Positions 60,033-64,000 of a DNA stretch of 64,000 nucleotides are shown in pieces. Position 1 is the first letter of the stretch. The number at the start of each line of letters is the position of its first letter. A program made the position numbers and the translations under genes. Source of the stretch: Oscillospiraceae bacterium (GTDB lineage: Bacteria; Bacillota; Clostridia; UMGS1810); assembly GCA_015069015.1 (NCBI GenBank), contig SVJK01000003.1, forward strand, positions 6,452 to 70,451, written 5' to 3'. Below the pieces are notes generated by a model that did not search any database, was not told the origin of the DNA, and saw only the letters and a program-made list of their open reading frames with translations.

Positions 60033-61828
60033 CTATAAAATGTATCAATATATCCGATTTTGGAAAACTTTCAGGCTTGAAAATTATTCCTTCATCAAGT
60101 TTTAATATTATTTATGCACCAAATGAGTCGGGCAAGACAACACTTTTGGAATTTATTAAGTTTATATTTTACGGTTTGCGTCAAAAGAAGCCAAAGAATG
60201 ATTTGTCTGTCAAAGAAAAATATATGCCATGGAACGGTATGCCAATGTGTGGAAGTATAGAATTTGAATCGCATGGAAAAAACTATATCATATATAGAAG
60301 CGAAGGATCAAAGTCGGGTACAAAGATTCTTGATGTAAAAAATGCCGATACAGGCGAGAAATATTCCGGAATTGACAACCCTGGGGAGTACTTTTTTTCA
60401 GTTGACGAAAAAGTTTTTTCTGACACTTTTTTTGCACGTGATTATTCTGCATTGTTTGATCCTGATGACAGCATTTCGTCTGCAGTGTATGGAAAAAATG
60501 AAAAGGATTCATCTTATAGCCGCGTAAGACACAGCATTGAGGATGAAATTCTTAATCTGACATCATCAAAAAGAGGAAGTTCAGATTTTTCGCTAATTAC
60601 GAAAGAGATGGTAAGACTTAAAGAAGAAAAATTGATTCTTGATAAGGAAATAGAGACTATAGATGTACATTTATCCGAACTTCGCAATGAAAGAGATTAT
60701 TTGGAATCACAAAAAGAACATTATATAAATGAATATAATGCAATAAAGAATTATCAAAGCAAAGCTAAGATGTTAGAAATTTCCGAATTGAGAGAGAAAG
60801 AACTTGAAAATTTAAACAATTTGAATACGCAGTTTAATAAGATTAAGGATGAAAAATCATCACATCAGAAGGAAACAGGATTGTTATTTTATAAATATTC
60901 ATATGTTATTTTTGGCATCCTTATTGTTTCACTGATAGCGTTATATTTCGGAGTTATGCAAAAAAGTGAAGAGTATATTTTGTGCAGTTTGGTTTTGTTT
61001 GTGTTGTGTTTTGTGTTTGTTTTTGCAAAAATTAAGAAAAATATTAAGGTTAACAATGAATTGACTAACGCTGTGAGTTTACAAATAGAATTGTGCAAAA
61101 AAAGAATTTGCGAATATGAAAATGAAATAACACAAGAAGAATTGAATGGGGATAATGCGCATAATTATATGTCACAATCTGATGAAACAAATGTCTTTAC
61201 AAATAAAGAAATAAATGGTATAATTAATAAAATACAAAAATGTGAGATTGATGTGAGTGTAAAAAAATCTCAAATTCAATCTTTATGCGAGAAGAAGAAT
61301 GAGATGATTTCGCAAAGGGATTTTTGTCATAAAAAAATTAATGAATCAGATTTAAAACTTGGAAAGCTTAAACAGAAACAGGATGTATATAATACGGCGC
61401 TTTTTATTCTTGATAGTGCTTTTTCGCGCTTGAAAGATTGCTATGCACCGCTGATATCTGAAAAATCCTTTGAAATTTTTAAAAGGGTATGTAAAAAAGG
61501 TTATGACTCTTTAGTTGCTGATGATAGTTTTGAAATATCCTTGAATCACGGCAATGAACTTAAATCTGTTAAGAGATTTAGTCGTTCAACAAAAGATGCG
61601 GCCGGACTGTCCCTACGTATGGCAATATGTGATTCCATTTCCAAGGAAAATCCGCTTCCGATGTTTTTTGATGATGTGTTATCATCATTTGATGATGAAA
61701 GATGCTTTGATATGATGGAATGTATGAGAAACGTCTCCGAAGAAAGGCAAATTTTTCTTTGTACTTGTCGTTTAAGAGAAATAAAAGTTTATGAAGATAA
61801 TGTAGACGTCGAAGTTATCAGATTTTGA
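60029..61828 (+). CDS. SbcC/Rad50-like AAA ATPase (YhaN-like) with an internal pair of TM helices
   Basis: Walker A YAPNESGKTTLLEF, coiled-coil-like middle, and a C-terminal signature/Walker B (SRSTKDAAGLSLRMA.., PMFFDDVLSSFDD). Hydrophobic segments lie at about nt 60881-61030. ATGA overlap with the upstream gene. Confidence 0.8.
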   Translation: MTIKCINISDFGKLSGLKIIPSSSFNIIYAPNESGKTTLLEFIKFIFYGLRQKKPKNDLSVKEKYMPWNGMPMCGSIEFESHGKNYIIYRSEGSKSGTKILDVKNADTGEKYSGIDNPGEYFFSVDEKVFSDTFFARDYSALFDPDDSISSAVYGKNEKDSSYSRVRHSIEDEILNLTSSKRGSSDFSLITKEMVRLKEEKLILDKEIETIDVHLSELRNERDYLESQKEHYINEYNAIKNYQSKAKMLEISELREKELENLNNLNTQFNKIKDEKSSHQKETGLLFYKYSYVIFGILIVSLIALYFGVMQKSEEYILCSLVLFVLCFVFVFAKIKKNIKVNNELTNAVSLQIELCKKRICEYENEITQEELNGDNAHNYMSQSDETNVFTNKEINGIINKIQKCEIDVSVKKSQIQSLCEKKNEMISQRDFCHKKINESDLKLGKLKQKQDVYNTALFILDSAFSRLKDCYAPLISEKSFEIFKRVCKKGYDSLVADDSFEISLNHGNELKSVKRFSRSTKDAAGLSLRMAICDSISKENPLPMFFDDVLSSFDDERCFDMMECMRNVSEERQIFLCTCRLREIKVYEDNVDVEVIRF

Positions 61829-61841
61829 AAGGATGATTATA

Positions 61842-62210
61842 ATGGCTAATGCTGAATTTGAGCTTGCAAAAGGCAGTGTTTTTATTGATTCAGATGTGGT
61901 TGCAAGAATAGCCGGTTTTGCTGCGACAATGTCTTATGGGGTAGTAGGTATGGCATATCGTTCCAAAACAGACACAATGGCTAATCTTTTAAAGAGGGAA
62001 AACCTTGCAAAAGGTATTAAAGTTAATATTACGGATGATAATAAGATAAGTGTCGATGTTCATGTTATCATAGAGTATGGTGTTAATATTAATGTTATTG
62101 GAAAAAGTATAATTAAAAATGTAAAATATCAGGTAAGTCATATGACCGGTCTTGATGTTGAACAGGTTAATGTGTGTGTAGAAGGCTTCAGAGTACAGGA
62201 ACAGGAGTGA
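61842..62210 (+). CDS. Asp23/Gls24-family envelope stress protein (YloU-like)
   Basis: About 122 aa. VFIDSDVVARIAGFAA..SYGVVGM is typical of Asp23. Followed by yloV as in Bacillus yloU-yloV. Confidence 0.85.
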   Translation: MANAEFELAKGSVFIDSDVVARIAGFAATMSYGVVGMAYRSKTDTMANLLKRENLAKGIKVNITDDNKISVDVHVIIEYGVNINVIGKSIIKNVKYQVSHMTGLDVEQVNVCVEGFRVQEQE

Positions 62211-62215
62211 ATAAC

Positions 62216-63838
62216 TTGATAAGAGAAATCAATGCATCGATATTGGTTGAGATGTTTATATCCGGTGCCAACAACCTTTTGAACAACAGACAAAAGGTTG
62301 ATGAAATGAATGTTTTTCCTGTACCTGACGGTGATACAGGAACAAATATGTCTATGACAATGAAATCTTGTGTTGCTGGACTTCATGCCAATGCTGATTC
62401 TACAGTATCTGCAGTGGCGAAATCCGTTGCTAATGATACTTTGAGAGGAGCAAGAGGAAATTCAGGCGTAATTCTTTCTCAGCTTATGAGAGGATTTAAT
62501 AAGGCGTTTGCAGGTGCAGTGACATGTGATGTCAAACTTTTGGCTAAAGCGTTCAAAAGTGCATCTGACAGTGCGTATCGCGCAGTTATGAAACCAACAG
62601 AGGGTACAATTTTGACTGTTGCCAGAGAAATGGCTGAATGTGCAGTAAAATATGCACCTGAATTTGATGATTTTGCAGAGTTTTTTGCACTTGTGACAGA
62701 CGCAGGAAACAAAGCACTTGCCAGAACTCCTGAACTTCTCCCGAAACTTAAGCAGGCAGGAGTTGTTGATTCCGGCGGTCAGGGACTTATGTATATCATA
62801 GAGGGAATGTATCATTATATTTCCAAAAATGAGATAATTGAATTGAAAGAAAAGGAAACTGAATCAAAGGATACAGTTGTCCATACAAGTGAAGAAGAAA
62901 TAACTTTTGGATATTGCACAGAGTGTATTGTTGATAAGCGTGAAAAGGGAAAGTCAGCATTTAAATTTAAAGCAAACGTGGAAAAACTCGGTGACAGTAT
63001 GGTTTTTGTTGATGATGACGATATTGTAAAGATTCACATTCATACAAATGAACCTGATGTGATTTTGCGTGAAGCACTAAAAATTGGCGACCTTGCAACA
63101 GTAAAAATTGAAAATATGCGTCTTCAGCATAGTGAAGTCATCAAAGCAAGTGCACAAAAAAGTGCACAACCTGCAAAGAAGGATAAGTATGCTTTTGTGT
63201 CTGTTGCAGTTGGAGACGGAATTGTCTCTATTCTTAAAGATCTTGGAGTATCAGAGATCATAGAGGGCGGACAGACAATGAATCCAAGCACCGATGATAT
63301 TTTAAAAGCATTTGAAAATATCAATGCTGAAACTGTGTATGTTTTCCCGAACAACAAAAATGTTGTAATGTCTGCTCAGCAGGCGGCAAAACTTTCAGAC
63401 TCAAACATAATCGTTATTCCGACAACAAGCGTTACCCAATGTATGAGTTGTATGCTTGCATTTGATTCCGACAGCAATGCAGACCAAAATAAGGAATTGT
63501 TTGAGGAAGTTCTTTCTGTGGTTAAAAGTGCGCAGGTCACTTATGCTGTCAGAGATACTCAAATAGATGATATAGTCATCAAAGAAGGTGATTATCTCAG
63601 TATTGTTGATGGAAAGATCAAGTCATCTGAAAAAGATGCTCATTTGGCAGTGATGGCTTCTCTTGACGTTATGGTTAGCGATGATACAAGTACCATATCT
63701 GTTTTCTATGGAGAGGATGTTTCTGATGAAGATGCTGACTCTCTTTGCGAAGAAATTGAATCCAGATATGCTGATTGTGATGTGATTATGAACTGTGGTT
63801 CCCAACCCGTTTATCACTATCTGATTTCTGCTGAATAA
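62216..63838 (+). CDS. yloV: DAK2-domain fusion protein YloV
   Basis: NVFPVPDGDTGTNM and RGARGNSGVILSQ Dak2 motifs plus a C-terminal DegV-like/DhaL fusion part. TTG 62216 follows AGGAGTG; the ORF-track start 62174 overlaps asp23. Confidence 0.85.
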   Translation: MIREINASILVEMFISGANNLLNNRQKVDEMNVFPVPDGDTGTNMSMTMKSCVAGLHANADSTVSAVAKSVANDTLRGARGNSGVILSQLMRGFNKAFAGAVTCDVKLLAKAFKSASDSAYRAVMKPTEGTILTVAREMAECAVKYAPEFDDFAEFFALVTDAGNKALARTPELLPKLKQAGVVDSGGQGLMYIIEGMYHYISKNEIIELKEKETESKDTVVHTSEEEITFGYCTECIVDKREKGKSAFKFKANVEKLGDSMVFVDDDDIVKIHIHTNEPDVILREALKIGDLATVKIENMRLQHSEVIKASAQKSAQPAKKDKYAFVSVAVGDGIVSILKDLGVSEIIEGGQTMNPSTDDILKAFENINAETVYVFPNNKNVVMSAQQAAKLSDSNIIVIPTTSVTQCMSCMLAFDSDSNADQNKELFEEVLSVVKSAQVTYAVRDTQIDDIVIKEGDYLSIVDGKIKSSEKDAHLAVMASLDVMVSDDTSTISVFYGEDVSDEDADSLCEEIESRYADCDVIMNCGSQPVYHYLISAE

Positions 63839-63845
63839 AAAATTC

Positions 63846-63872
63846 AAAAAGATGCCCTGAGGCATCTTTTTG
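63846..63872 (+). terminator. Rho-independent terminator after yloV
   Basis: aaaaagatgcc-ctga-ggcatcttttt. Confidence 0.8.
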
Positions 63873-63894
63873 TTATAGTAAAGGAATTTTTAAC

Positions 63895-64000
63895 ATGGAT
63901 AGACATAATGCTAAGCAAATTGAATATTTAAATTCACCTATAACCATCTTAAAAGGAATAGGATCGAAAAAAGCGAGTCTGTATTCAAAACTTGGTATTA
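63895..64000 (+). CDS. recG: ATP-dependent DNA helicase RecG (5' end only; continues beyond window)
   Basis: MDRHNAKQIEYLNSPITILKGIGSKKASLYSKLGI matches the RecG N-terminal pattern (L..P+..LKG+G.K.A..L.KLGI). Its position after yloV matches Bacillus. Confidence 0.6.
   Translation, partial: MDRHNAKQIEYLNSPITILKGIGSKKASLYSKLGI

Overview
Low-GC, densely coding chromosome segment of a Clostridia-type Firmicute; yunB, addAB and hydABC support that assignment. Most genes are housekeeping. From start to end:
- the pyrH-frr-uppS-cdsA-dxr-rseP block with xpt appended, then RNase J
- a pepD / OPT transporter / PqqD-like trio, then addBA
- a Na/Pi transporter, a secreted nuclease and a dGTPase-like HD protein
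- a 10-gene [FeFe]-hydrogenase locus: a five-gene putative sensory module followed by bifurcating-type hydC-GHKL-2Fe2S-hydB-hydA
- thrE-family exporters, murA, yunB, and trmR plus a U32 peptidase
- a minus-strand block of ZIP transporter, upp-pyrP and a MATE transporter
- a small accessory metabolic region, then class III RNR genes (nrdG, nrdD), an intracellular subtilisin, yhaO/yhaN-like sbcCD, asp23/yloV and the start of recG

No rRNA, tRNA or CRISPR array was seen.

Observations most worth a second look:
1. The uncharacterised DRTGG / RsbW-like kinase / HydS-like / DRTGG / PHP module upstream of hydABC.
2. A 1.6-kb insertion flanked by 41-bp direct repeats that duplicate the 3' end of a hisJ-like gene. 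It carries a CI/LexA-like S24 repressor, an unknown membrane plus Cys/His-ribbon protein and an IS110 transposase remnant.
3. An NrdD with a C-terminal glutaredoxin-like domain next to a TrxR-like flavoprotein that lacks the NADPH motif and is frameshifted.
4. Three independently disrupted genes within 12 kb: an in-frame TGA and two 1-nt frameshifts.
5. A compact three-way-junction RNA between hydA and the thrE-family genes.

All protein family calls come from motif and sequence recognition by eye. No database search was run.
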